Shown: positions 12,233 to 24,682 of the stretch, piece after piece
How positions within the stretch are numbered: the stretch's first letter is position 1
Layout: every line of letters begins with the position of its first letter
Origin: Camelus dromedarius
Taxonomy: Eukaryota
Length of the DNA: 64,000 bases
Assembly: GCF_036321535.1 (NCBI RefSeq)
Contig: NC_087437.1
Location: 110,610,001 to 110,674,000 of the forward strand
Reading direction: 5' to 3'
Program-made: the position numbers and the translations under genes
Notes under the pieces: model-generated
Told to the model about the DNA's origin: nothing
Databases searched by the model: none
What the model saw: only the letters and a program-made list of their open reading frames with translations

Positions 12233-15200
12233 CTGCACACACACACAAAAATATAAAAAAATAAAACCCCCACAGGCTTTACGTGAGATGAAAATCCAGA
12301 AAGCAAATAAAAGAAAAGGAAAATAAAGACTAAACGGATATGCATTTTAGTGCCTAGATGTCACTTGGGACATCAAAGTCTGGATTTTATCAGTCTGTCT
12401 CGGAATCTTTACCTCACACAGATGTCTGGACTAAGAGGATGTTACAGCCACTAATGGACGGGCAAGTAGGCGGGGGGTGGGGGTAGGGTGGGGGGACATG
12501 GATGGGTTGTAGGTTATGGGGAAAGGGGGATTCAACTCCCTCTGAAATAATCAACTTCTCTGCCCTGTGCACCTGGGAGACAGGTAATGCAGATTCCTGC
12601 TGCTGTCAAGTCAACCACTGATCTCGGGATGACCTAGCGCCCTCAGTTCTGACCGTGGCCCAAGGCACAGTGCTCCGAAGATCCCGAGGAGCTGGTCGAG
12701 AGTCAATTAGCTGGAATAGGTATTTAGTAAGGATGCGGGACGATTTTAGAGTTTCACTGTCCTTTGTAGAAGTCACCAGAAGAAGTATCAAGGAAGGAAA
12801 AACACTGGTCCAAGTTATACGGCTTTCTGGAAAACTGAATGTAACATTTCTTGAGGATCTGCAGTTACATTAAGGGCACAGCATCATTTTTGGAGAATCA
12901 GCAGAAAAGAGTGGGTCTCAGAGATATCAAGTCCTCTTTCTGACAAAGCCCCACATGAGCTGGGAGGCTCAGGAAACGTGAGCCTTAGTCCCTCCTGACT
13001 CTGTTCCGTGTATCACCAGTTCCTCTTTTACAAAGCAATTAAAATACCGATGCCTGAGTGGAAGGAGAAATAAATAATACGACCCACAGGCAGCTATTGG
13101 CAACGTGCTAGATAAAGTGACTAACAGTTAAGAAAAACAAATCTCTGAATTCATTTTCACCTTACTGCCCTCCAGGGAACCAGAATTATTAAAAAACAAA
13201 CAAACAAACAAACAAACAAACAAAAGACACCACCCAGTAAAGCAAACGATCCCACCACACACACGTTCGCTAACCACACGTGGAAATGCTGCCACTTCTC
13301 GCTGGATAGTGAAATGCACCATGGGCTTTCCAGTGGGAGGGAGGAGTCTAGACACCAGTGAGGAGCTGCTTGCCTGAAACCTAAGCCTGAAAGCCTGTTA
13401 AATTGCTTCAGTGCTGCTAGAAGTAAGATGACTATTTTTAATTCCTGCCAAATGTAACCTTGACTTCACATCCAGCAGATACAAGATCAGTGAGCTGGAT
13501 GATGGTCTAAACTGGCTCCCATTCTGACCATCCTCTGTCTCAGATCCCTGGGCTTCCATCATCATTCCTGAGTGTTCTGTCATCTTAAGACATGGAGTAA
13601 ATGGACACCACTCTCATTCAAGAAGGGGAATGAAAATCATTTCCAGGAAAAATGGGGAGAAAAAAGAAAGAATAGGAAAAAAAAAACCCCAAAAAACCTA
13701 AGACCACTCCTCCATTAGGAAGAAGCAAAACTTCCTGTTCAGTTCTATCTCAACATCACCTTAGTGGAGCCTGGCTCTCTCCAATCACTCTATTAGAACC
13801 ACTTCAGTTCAGAATTGGACTATTAGAAATATTTGTCACTGATCTGCAATTTGAAGTATTTAGTGATACAATATGCTAATATCTGTATTCTTGAAGTAGG
13901 TCAAAAGTAAGATGACTTGATGGATGGTAGATGAGTAGATATGTCATAATGAAAATATAGAAAAATGTTAATGGTAGGTATGAATGTCCACAAATAAAAC
14001 TTGTTCTATGTTTCTGAAAATTTTCATAAGAAAATGTAACAAAAAAAATATGTAATTGAGTTACCGCAGACATACAGCACTTTTAGACCAAGTGCAGCAG
14101 GATATTTGCCTTTGCTGTCCTATTCAAATAGAGCAGAAGGAGAAATAAACTAGCTGGGTATTCATGATAATGAATAATGAAGCATAGAATCTATCCTTTT
14201 TTAAAAGTAAACTTAATAACCCAGCCAGCTTTATGGGGTTCCAGGGGACAATCTTTGAGTATTGCCATTGTTCGTTGTTAAGACTGATTAGCTAGTGCCA
14301 TGCTGACCCACTCAAGCACCATTTTTAAATCATGTAACATGAAGAGCCTGATCATGGGAAGGAGCTTCAACAGCAGAGTGATAAAGACTTTCTTCAGCCA
14401 AAAATGAACCATCAGGCAAAAAAATCTTCCAATCAGCCAAAGCCAACAGGCTTTCTCTCTTGGTGTTCATGATGATGATATAGGTTGTAGCAACTTTGTT
14501 TCTTTTCTTTCTAAAGGGATCTCAGTGGCAAAACTTCTGAATGTTCTACAGACTGAAAATGCTTGTTTCAACGTGAATGCAGCTCTGACTTTAGGTTCAT
14601 TGATTAGCAACTAAAACCTGCCCAATGACAGCTGGGGTTTCCTGAGGTTGGGATACCTATTCTCAATCCTAATTAAATATCCCTGGTGAGTAAAAGGAAC
14701 GGGTGAAACAATCCCAAGGTGAAATTCTCTGCTGTGAGCTCTAAAGGGATCAGCAAAGCTTTTTACATGAGAAACCCATGAGAAACTGTGGACAGGGAGG
14801 TGTGCAAGACACTTAGATACATTGGTGAACCCAGAAAAGTGCTGGGTGTTCACCTTACTATGTTTTCAATAAACAGTTATCAACTGATTGGAGAAGAGAT
14901 TATTAGGTAATACTAATTAAACTTAATTAGTTAATTAACATTAGTTAAACTTAAGATACTTAAAGAGTGTAATATACCCTGTCAAGCTAGGTAGGTTGTA
15001 TCTATGAAACCCTTCAACCATTCACAGTTCCCCACATGCCTCCTCAACAAAACTGAGAACAGGTGGAAAATTAATTGAAACAGAGGTCAGAAGCCTTTTT
15101 GGCAAATGCAAAGGAAGCTTTTTTTATGGGAATCTTCCCTGCAAAATTCTAGACTGCCTTTTAATAAAGGAGTAATAAAAATGTTAATATCTTGATGTCA

Positions 15201-15788
15201 TTAATACCTAAGTGTTATAATAAAAATATCTTCCTTCCTAGATAGATTTTAATGCCATCTACAGTTGGTAGTACTGATCTTTAACTGCTCCAAGGTGATA
15301 GAATGAGTCCTAAAAGAATGTTTACTGTGGGACCATTTAAATTCTAGATTCTTCTTTTCTAATAGCAGCTCAAGGCCTCCCCAGATTAACACTGAAAGTA
15401 AAAACAAAGTTGCAGGCACATGATATGGGTAAAATCAGATGTATCATCTGGTCTACCAAACATGGCCTCCTTACTGAGAACAGGCATTGCTGTGTTTCTG
15501 GAGCACAAAGCCACCATGTTCTCAGGATGCTGAGACATCACACACCGCTTTTTGCTGGACAAAGCTGGCTATCATGCAAAGCAGCGACTCTCATTTGGCA
15601 AGCAGGCTAAGACAGCCCCTCCAGAGAAAGAAGGCATTCCCTTCCTGGCTTGGCGAATGAGAACGGAGCTCACCAGCCACAAGGAGGTGAACAGCGAAGG
15701 GAAAGCTTGAGGGAGGGAAAAAGGAGTAGACAATGGGAGGGAGGCAAGGGACCCTCACACCAGGGAAGAACCTACTCCAACGTCAGCC

Positions 15789-15846
15789 CCCCACGAGGCT
15801 TCATCTAACTATCGCCCCACGAGGCTACATCTAACTGTCGCCCCAC
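15789..15846. repeat. 26-bp tandem repeat, 2.2 copies
   Basis: ccccacgaggcttcatctaactatcg / ccccacgaggctacatctaactgtcg / ccccac. Confidence 0.9.
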
Positions 15847-15922
15847 AGGGACGTCAGCTCACTCAAGTCCTACAGTGGAGTAGGGGTGACGGGGATCTTG
15901 AACGTCTGAATCCCCACAGTAC

Positions 15923-16095
15923 CTGCCCTGCTCATGGCTGGCCTGGCCCCTTTCAGCGCACACAATCGTTTTCCTCCAAAAGGGACATATTGCTGGGACG
16001 AGGGAAGGCTCTCAGTCTTGAGGAGCTGTCTTCTGTGCTTGTCACGCAGGATGGAGTGCACAGCCTTCAGGAAATCCTTTCGGCTCTCTGGGGAG
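15923..16095 (-). CDS. TIAM1: TIAM1 penultimate coding exon, 173 nt
   Basis: (S)SPESRKDFLKAVHSILRDKHRRQLLKTESLPSSQQYVPFGGKRLCALKGARPAMSRA(V); acceptor ctttccatag, donor CAG|gtactg. Confidence 0.97.
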
Positions 16096-16607
16096 CTATG
16101 GAAAGATGGACACGTGTTAGAGAAACAATTCTCAACACACGGCGAACTTCTGATACCAGGTGCGGCCAAACAAATACCTCAGGAGACCAAAGGTTAAAAA
16201 CTGAGGCCACCACTCCAACTTCACTGCTGAGCAGTGTTTTCATCGCTGGGGATAAAGAACGCATATTCCTTTCCCTTTATGCTTTGTGGTTCATCTCCTG
16301 CAGTCGGTCTGGGACAGAGCAGCCCATTAATGAACAAATTGATGGAGATACAGATTCTGCACCGCAAAGTTGCCAGATTCTGCTCTTGGTACTTAAGGTA
16401 GAGCTTTTCATTCTAAAATATCTTACAGACAAAGGAACCACAAGATTGTCGAGGCTCTGTGGCGCACCTAAAAACTGATGTCCAACGTCTTTAGCCTCCT
16501 CTAGATTTGGCCTTCTGTTAAATATCAATGCCTCTCAGGACACATCTCAACATGTAAATATTAAAGCTACACTGTTAAGAACTGGAAAAGCTTCCCAAGT
16601 CCTAATT

Positions 16608-16668
16608 AAGAAAAGAAAGAGAAAGAAAGAGAAAGAAAAGAAAGAAAGAAAAGAAAGAAAAGAAAGAA

Positions 16669-16736
<68 letters not shown>

Positions 16737-16749
16737 AAAGAAAGAAGGA

Positions 16750-16809
<60 letters not shown>

Positions 16810-16820
16810 GAAAGAGAGAA

Positions 16821-16863
<43 letters not shown>

Positions 16864-17112
16864 GAGAGAAAGAGAGAAAGAGAGAAAGAAAGAAAGAAAG
16901 AAAGAAAGAAAGGGAAGGAGGGGAGGGAAAAGGAAGGGAGGAAGGAAAGGAGGAAGGAAAGGAGGAAGGAAGGGAGGAAGGAAGGGAGGAAGGAAGGGAG
17001 GAAGGGAAAGAAAGAAAGAGAAAGAGAGACAGAAAGAAAGAAAGAAAAAGAAAGAAAGAAAGAGAGAGAGAGAGGAAGGAAGGGAGGGAGGGAGAAAAAG
17101 GGAAAAAAGAAG
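16608..17112. repeat. Compound polypurine microsatellite (GAAA)n/(GA)n/(GGAA)n, ~500 bp
   Basis: Read directly; essentially only A and G on the plus strand. Confidence 0.98.
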
Positions 17113-17389
17113 TGCTTCTTAGGTCGGGGTTATTTTTCTTGTTACATTCTCAGTATCTTTACCCAGGTACTGGTTTCCCTTATTAACAATGAATATGGCA
17201 TCTCAAAGGACAAGCTCATTGGACCCTGCGGATTTACCAACAAAACCACAAGTGGATTAGCCTAAATAGATAGTAAAGATGGTGCTCAAATAACATGTAG
17301 ATTATCTGAAAAAAAAAATTCCAATTCTGGTTCTGATAGCTTCTTGGGATCTGCCTTGATTGATCTCTGTCACCCAACACAAAGAGGAG

Positions 17390-17600
17390 ATGCAGAAACA
17401 CAAAACGTGGGCTTTGAAGTCAAACCTACTGAGTGTCAAACCTGCTAAGTTTGAGCTCAATGTTCATTGGCTATAAGGTTTTAAAAGCAAAGCACCCTCT
17501 ATGAGCCTTGATGCACCATTTGTAAAAGGGAGTAATTGTACCTCAGTCTGACTAAGGGAAATACTGCATGTAAGGTGCTTAGCACAGTTCATGGTGAACG
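17390..17600. mobile_element. MIR remnant
   Basis: gggctttgaagtcaaac..ctctatgagcct..tttgtaaaagggagtaat..gcatgtaaggtgcttagcacagt. Confidence 0.6.
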
Positions 17601-18558
17601 TGCCTTCTTACTATACCAGCAAAAACATCACAGAGTATTGCTAACAACCATAAAGTACTGATTCTGTTGAGTTGTTTGTTGCTGTTTTTGGGTTTTTTTG
17701 TGGGCAACTGGTAGGATACTACCCATGGTGTGGGGTATTGGGTAAGTATTGAATACATTACTGAGCACTTATGATGAAATTAATGCATAATTGCATACAG
17801 ATCATCTTTAAAGGCAAGTGTATCAGATCGTTGGCTGTTGAGACTGCCCAGGTTGGTATTTTTAGGCAAGAACACCAAAGAGAGAAAGAGAATTGGCTGC
17901 ATTTGAGAAAAGACCTCAAATCGTCAAAACAGAGCCCAAAGAGGAGGAGGAAGAGAAGGGGGAGGGGAGAGGGAAGGGAGCGGAGGGCGTGAACACAAAG
18001 AAATAAGTAGGAGCCCACATTATAATCTCCGCTTCTGCTCAAGATCTGTGGGCGAACCCAAGGAACGTGAGCCAGCCTCTCTGGGCTGAAGTTTCTGTAC
18101 GTGATGAGGGGGCCCAGCGGCAGTGGCGCACACTGTCAGCCTCCTCCCAGCTGACTCTCCACCTGCTGCACCTCAGGGATGTACAGTATAAACAATGGAT
18201 CCAAACACCAATGCAAAATATTGTAAGACAACCAGGTCCTTCTAACCCACCAAATGTACATCTGGGAAAAAAATCTCTCATTTGTATGTTGAATATATAT
18301 GAAAACTCCGATTTCCTCTTAGAAAGATAATAAATTAACCAGGTGACTGCCTACATTCTGATGAAATCAGTTTAATTTATCCAATAACTCTTACTTAATA
18401 AGGGTGAAATAATTTCTCAAGTGTACAAGAAAAGGATGTAGCATCTAAGGATGCACAAGCCAGTCTGTAGAAACCCAGAGGGGGTTGTGGGACGCTGAGC
18501 ACAGTCACAACCCTTCCCTCGGGGCGGCACGGTCCACACTCCACGGCTCCAGACTCAC

Positions 18559-18646
18559 CTGCAGCATAGGTGGAAGACCCTCTCTGGCCTCCCTTCAGAC
18601 TCCGACTTTACGTGGACAATTTCACACACGGCATTTGCTTCTGCAT
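18559..18646 (-). CDS. TIAM1: TIAM1 coding exon, PH domain, 88 nt
   Basis: (D)AEANAVCEIVHVKSESEGRPERVFHLCC(S); acceptor atttctctag, donor CAG|gtgagt. Confidence 0.97.
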
Positions 18647-19192
18647 CTAGAGAAATTAAACAAGTATGAATTAGAGTATGTTTCAAAGAGATTTATTTGT
18701 ATTTTTGCAAAAGCATTTTCCATGTAAGTGTAAGATTAAATCATGCAGGGCTGCATAAGACCGAAAGAACTTCACGCCTATCTGGGTAATCTCAAGAGAC
18801 AAAGTGCTTGATAGCTTAATGGGTACAAAGAAAAAGAACGCCTGGAAAATTTCCAGTTGTTAAAATCTCCTTCTCAAAGGTCTAAAAGGACAATCAGTCA
18901 ATCATATGGATTGCAGAATTGACCGTTTTTAGCTGCACAGCCCATTTGGTTGAATCATTTCAATTAAGCGATTAGCTGTTTTGGCTATAACTGGACTAGA
19001 CAGACAGAGCCCGAGATTCCAATGCCGACTGCACCAGGTCAGTGATATAAAAAGGCAGGCCCTTGTCACCTGCGGGATAGCCCTCCCCCTGAGCGACCAG
19101 GCCAAGTGCCCGGGACCAGCAAGTCCTGGAAACAAACGGGGCTCCTCCTTCTCAGCCTTCCCAGCCCAATCTGAGTAAAGCAAAAATGGTAC

Positions 19193-19341
19193 ACTGAACA
19201 GGGAACTATTTTCAATATCTTGTAATAACCTATAATGAAGAGGAATCTGAAAACAAATACATGTATGGACGTGGACGACTGAAACATTCTGCTGTACACC
19301 AGAAATTGACACAACATTGTAAAGTGACTACACTTCAATAA
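19193..19341 (+). mobile_element. Short L1 3' end with 11-bp TSD
   Basis: cagggaactattttcaatatcttgtaataacctataatg..gctgtacaccagaaattgacacaacattgtaa..cttcaataaaa; TSD aaaaatggtac at 19182-19192 and 19342-19352. Confidence 0.9.
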
Positions 19342-21139
19342 AAAAATGGTACCCCAAGAAGGTGAGAATCCATTTTATTTAGAAGTAATGTCTAAGTCTT
19401 CTGCTGCCTGAACATCATATTATTTTAAGTCATGTTATTCATTATTACTGTTTATGAAAGAACCAATTTCCTGCAAACATCAAGACTGCACATTGTGAGG
19501 TCTCATCCTTACCTAGTGGTTCAAAACCTGGGCCACAAACCTGCACTGTGCCCACATTCTTCAGCCCTAACCAGGACCCCTATGCAGAAAGTTTCACAAG
19601 TTTTCCCAAACTAAGAGAAAAATCTAGAAATGTTCACCTTCTGAGTCTCACATCCACTAGACTTTATTTCATAACAAGGGACATGTTGGCTAGTCTCTCC
19701 ATTGAAATAAACTTCTATCCTGACAATGTTAAAGTGGATTTGAGTGAAAAACCGAGGGTGAGCATGGAATGTCATATTCACAAAGATGGCTTTGTTTTCC
19801 AAAGTTATATTCTTCATGTATTTTTGTTCTCCATGAAGGCAAAAGTCCTGGCTGAGAAGCCTTTGCAGTCTGCCATTAGCATAAGCTTTCCCATTTATCA
19901 ACCAGGCACAAGGAAACCTATGAACGAGACCATTCACAACCTAAGACTGCAAAGTAAGACAACACTAGGATTTAAGTGCCCAAACCTCAAAATACTATGA
20001 CAGCTATTTGTAGATCTATGATTGATAGGTTCCTGAAAATTTATGTGCGAATCAATTCTACAAATCAAACCATAAGTAAAAAGGCATGAGGGTAAATCTC
20101 TGTGCCAGAAGATTAGACACAAACTTTCTTAAGGCAAATAATCATCTCCAGTACATTTCCTAGACATAGTTTGTGCACTGGAGTTTCCCTCCTACAACAC
20201 ATAACGACCGTGAAGGAAGCGGCATCTCGTTTAACTCGGGTGAGTAACTGAAGGTTTATGAAACACTGCCAATCTTCATGTCACTTCATGATACTGGCTT
20301 AGGGAAGAGCTGGTTTTATGAGGATTAGAGCCAATTTTATGGCTCAGGGAGGTGACAAATGAAAACAGGTAAAAGATGCGTCACATCCATCAGACACAAA
20401 GTACTTAACGCTCATGTGAGATGCCAGAAGCACGGAACAGAAATTCAGATCCACTGCACGCCGGCAGAGGTCCACTCCCACAGCCTCCCTTTACTACCAG
20501 AAAGCCGCACCTGCTGTCCACGTGGGACACAGAATAGTGTGTCCTGAGAGTTTCCAATTGACCACAAAGCTGCTCCTCCCACGGTGTGTCCAGGAGAACC
20601 CCTGGATGGTGCCTCCGAGTCATAGAAATGTTGCTCTTCTTAGTCAATACCGTGCTGATGATCACTTCTCGCCTCAAGTGCGAAAGCCTCATCTAATTAA
20701 TATTATCAAGTGCATCCATTACTACTCAACCACTTGTTTCACTGCTATTTGGGTTGGAGAAAAAGAATTGACATTTCAAAAGCCTTCACCCTTACATAAA
20801 GATACGGATTTATAATGCTTCAGAAAAAAAAAAAAAGAATGTATTCAATGTTCTTTTGCATCTACTAGTTAAAAGGCAAGTGAGTTATTTACATATGCTT
20901 TGTCTGTTCATGGGCTCAAAGATTCTTTCCAGAAGTACAAGACTCATTGCTACTTAGATGTGAGTCACTGTAATATTACTAATATATAGAACAGAATGAC
21001 TAGAGCTCCTGGGTACAATATTAAAGGCAATTTACCTTCATTCACTTAGTTCATTCATTCAATTATTTATGTATGTATTTATTTATTTATTTATTTACTT
21101 AGGTGGGAAGTAGTTATATTTCCACCCAACCTTTCTGTA

Positions 21140-21340
21140 TTTTTTCCAATCAATTTATAATGTTGTGTTAATTTCTGGTGTACAGCAAGTGATTCAGTTA
21201 CATACATGTGTGTATATATATATATATATAATATATATTCCTTTCCAAATTCTTTTTCATCATAGTCTATTACAAGATATCGAATATAGTTCTGCGCTAT
21301 ACAGTAGAATCTTCTTGTTTATGTTATATACAGTAGTTAG
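21140..21340 (-). mobile_element. L1 3' end, reverse orientation
   Basis: tttctggtgtacagcaagtgattcagttac..tattacaagatatcgaatatagttc is the reverse complement of the L1 tail seen at 19193 and 63600. Confidence 0.85.
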
Positions 21341-21509
21341 CTCAAGTATTTAATAAATGTCTGGGTAGATAAGAGGCAATGGAGAGGCTGAGGGAAAGGA
21401 GAGTTAAGCAAAGAAGGAAAAAGATAAGGTGGCTAGACCAAGAGCGTGGATTCAGAAACACAATTCATACACCCACAGAAATATGTACCCAGCACGCTTC
21501 AGAGTTTAC

Positions 21510-21612
21510 CTGCACTTGCCAAAGCTCGAACCTGCAAAGCTTCGGTAGGAATCATGTGTCGAAATCGAAAGGGGTCCCAGTCCTCGTAAATTGAAAGCCT
21601 GTGAGATCCTAC
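21510..21612 (-). CDS. TIAM1: TIAM1 coding exon, PH domain, 103 nt
   Basis: VGSHRLSIYEDWDPFRFRHMIPTEALQVRALASA(D); acceptor cttcctgcag, donor CAG|gtaaac. Confidence 0.97.
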
Positions 21613-22117
21613 CTGCAGGAAGAGAAGGAACTAGGTGCATGAGAACTATCTGCTCAGCCTGGACGGAACCCCCACACTTTCTAAACCAGTGATGCTGGAA
21701 CCCAGTTCTGCTCCCATGCCTGCACTGTTGTTGCCCCAGCAGAAAGCAAGAGGCCAAGTGGTAAAAATGCTAAGGGTGTACAATAAGCCTGCTAACCAAA
21801 TTCAGGCAAAAGAGAGACAAAGGAAAGAGGAGAAAAGGGATCCCAAAACAAGAACAGAACAGGAAGAACAGGGAAAGGAAAAAAAACAGTGTTAAGAAGG
21901 CTCTGGCCATGATAGGCGTAACAGCTATTGACTTTCACGCTCTAAACGTTAGCCTGCTGCAGGAAGCAGGATTGGTTGCCCTTGGCAACACTTTTAAAAA
22001 AAATCATAAAAGATTCATGCTTGACAGAGGTGCAGAATTATAATTAGGCAGATACAACTGAGAAGCAGATAGAAAGGGAGATGTTTTCAAACTATGGAGT
22101 GAAATAAGAAGTCTTAC

Positions 22118-22176
22118 CAGTTTCTTCTTCTGTTTGGAACCATCTTTATATACAAGGACCACAGCAGTTTTGAAGA
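22118..22176 (-). CDS. TIAM1: TIAM1 coding exon, PH domain, 59 nt
   Basis: (V)FKTAVVLVYKDGSKQKKKL; acceptor ttttttccag, donor CTG|gtaaga. Confidence 0.96.
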
Positions 22177-24521
22177 CTGGAAAAAATAAAATAAAGGTTG
22201 TTATGGCACATAATGTGTTGGGTTTTCCCCTTTACTTCAATAACTTGTGGTGACAAACACTACAGTTATGAAGAGGACAGAGAGTCCCAGGTACCAGCTC
22301 CACCGCGTCCTCCACTCATTCGTCACATCTGAGAGATGCAAAAATCTACTGAGACAAAATTTTCCAGGTTCCAGATAAACACCCAAAGCCTAAATCAATG
22401 GAAATAATGCTTCCTGCCCTGCTGGAAACTTTTGGGTAAAATATAGTATTTTTAACTATGGTATCACTTCAAGCTTAAAACTTCAGCTTATACACATTTA
22501 ACAAAAATAGACTAGTTCAGCAGCTGAACGAACAGTACAAACGTCAGTAATAGCAATAATGATGCTTAATCTACATTTATGCAAATTAAGCTAAGATCAC
22601 ACCCACAGAGAAAGTTCATTAACTCAGGGAATAGAATTCATCATTTTGACTGAAATGAAAATTAGTTTAGGAAGTAGAATGTTACTCTACTTAATTGTGA
22701 TTCATCCTGTTTGGAAGAAGTAGAATGTTCCAAACAGGATGAATCACAATTAAGCTATTTAGAAGCAGGGAGTATACAGTTTTGTTCTTTTTTTTTCCCT
22801 GCGTCTATTGATAAAATCTTTTTTATAATTGAAGTATGTAGTTTTATTCTTATATTCTTTAGGGGCAGGGGGAGATACAATGGCGTTATGCATAATGGTT
22901 CACTGAATTCCTTAAACAATGCCAAGCATGTTTAACACTCAGCGATTCTGACTCCTGGAGGAGAAAGAAGAATTGGCGCCCAGAACAGTAAGAAGGGGGA
23001 CCCCAGCCCATCCTTGGCTCCTTGTATGGGCGTCTCCATCTCCCTTCACACTGTGACCCCAAGGCATAACAGGAACGTCGTCAGTCACACAGCAGCTGGA
23101 CGGGGCACATCTGGTATACCAGGCACAGAATTACAAAGGGAGCAAAGCTTCAGAGAGTTCTCAGGGACAGGCTCCCAGGCCCTCTGGAGAGCAATCCAAC
23201 GTGCCTGGTTCACTTTTTATCCTACTTACGATGGGTCAGTCTCCTTTTGGGTAAGATCGCTCTAATCTCCACTGCAAGAAAAGAAGCCTTAGGATACAAA
23301 GAAACTGACCCCCAGTCATTGGGTCTGGACTGTCCCCAGCCCTTCACAACTTAAAGCATCTGACCTCTTAAGAATCCCAGAGGACAGCCTGTGAGGTTCC
23401 CTCTGACCCTCAGAGGCCACACCGCTCTGCGTGGAGGCGGGACATCACCACCTGAGCAGGCCCTCTGTCCTTGCCATGAAGCCTTCAGAAATCACAGTGG
23501 CCAGGACAGCAGGTCCCTTTGAAAGTGAGAGAGCCCCACGCTGGGAAAGGGTGAGGGTGTCCAGTAATCTGAGTCTCAGAAGACCCACCATCCCATTGGG
23601 ACCACAGCTCAGCAAGCGTGTAGCCGTGACCCTAAGAAGGCTACTGGTCTGCACTGGTTTACCTCAACCATCTTGGGTCACAGTGTGGGGGCCAAAGTGA
23701 CCCTCAGCCTGGGCTCTGAACACTTTTGCCTTAATTCCTCCCTGATCCCAGGGGCTCCTCTCACTCAACTGACTCCAAGTGCTGTCAGTCCCTTCAGACA
23801 TGGCCTTGATCTCCAAAACTCCTGGCTGCCCTCGCCAGCCTGAAGGCCTAAACAAACCATGTCTTTCATTCTTTTAAAGGTGATGATCGTCAACACCAAG
23901 TACATAGGAGTCATCCTGGGAATGAAAACAGCAAGGTGCTGGGTTGGCAGCCGGTCAACTTAGTTTCAGAAGAAAGCTGCACTATTTCCTGAGATCAGAC
24001 GTTTAAACGGGAAACAGAAGACAAACATGTCTTAGCCCCAAAGCTGCCTGTTTGATGTAATTAACTTCCTTCGCAGCAACTCTTTTTGTTTCAAAACGCA
24101 ATTCTAAGTCTCTGTGAGTTCTGCCTTGCTGCTTAAAAATCTCACCCAAACTGCCACCTTTTAAGGACTGGGAATCCATAAATAAGCTCATTATGATGAC
24201 AACAGTCTGCCTTCACTCATAATCCAGATTGTAATCCTTCCGCCTTCTCTGCTGTGACTCAGGAGAGGATAAGGTGCTTGCTTCCTTCCTCCTGTGAGTC
24301 TTGGGCAGTCTTCCCTTGCTAACCGTGGTCCCTGCGGGGTTTGCTGGCAGTGGGACCGGAGGAGGCAGCTTCCATCCACAACCGGACACCCACCCTGTGC
24401 CTCCCTCTGGTAAACACCCTGCGGGGCAGGGAGCACACACTGCCCCCCGCTGAGCCTGTGCACCAAGCGGCACCTAAAGCCCCAAACCTCAAAACTGACA
24501 TATTCGTGAACCCTTTCTTCC

Positions 24522-24682
24522 ACAGTCTGGCAAACTCAGGTCCGACACCTGTTCCGTACAGCCACCAGTACCACTGCTCATTTGTTTACACAGGCTGCGC
24601 CTGGCTACATATGGCCTCTTGGTCCGGGAAGCCTAAAATACTGACTACATGGCCCTTTACAGAGTAAGTTTGCCAATCCCCT
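24522..24682. mobile_element. MER58-like hAT remnant
   Basis: Ends cagtctggcaaact ... agtttgccaatcccct; internal aagcctaaaatactgactacatggccctttacag. Confidence 0.65.

Noticed and set aside
11643..12326. 227-aa plus-strand ORF
   Set aside because: Antisense shadow of the GC-rich TIAM1 last exon; non-ATG start and no recognisable domain.
15789..15846. 26-bp repeats as a CRISPR-like array
   Set aside because: Head-to-tail copies with no spacers, in mammalian intron DNA.
15990..16478. 162-aa plus-strand ORF
   Set aside because: Partly antisense to a TIAM1 exon, the rest intronic; non-ATG start and no homology.
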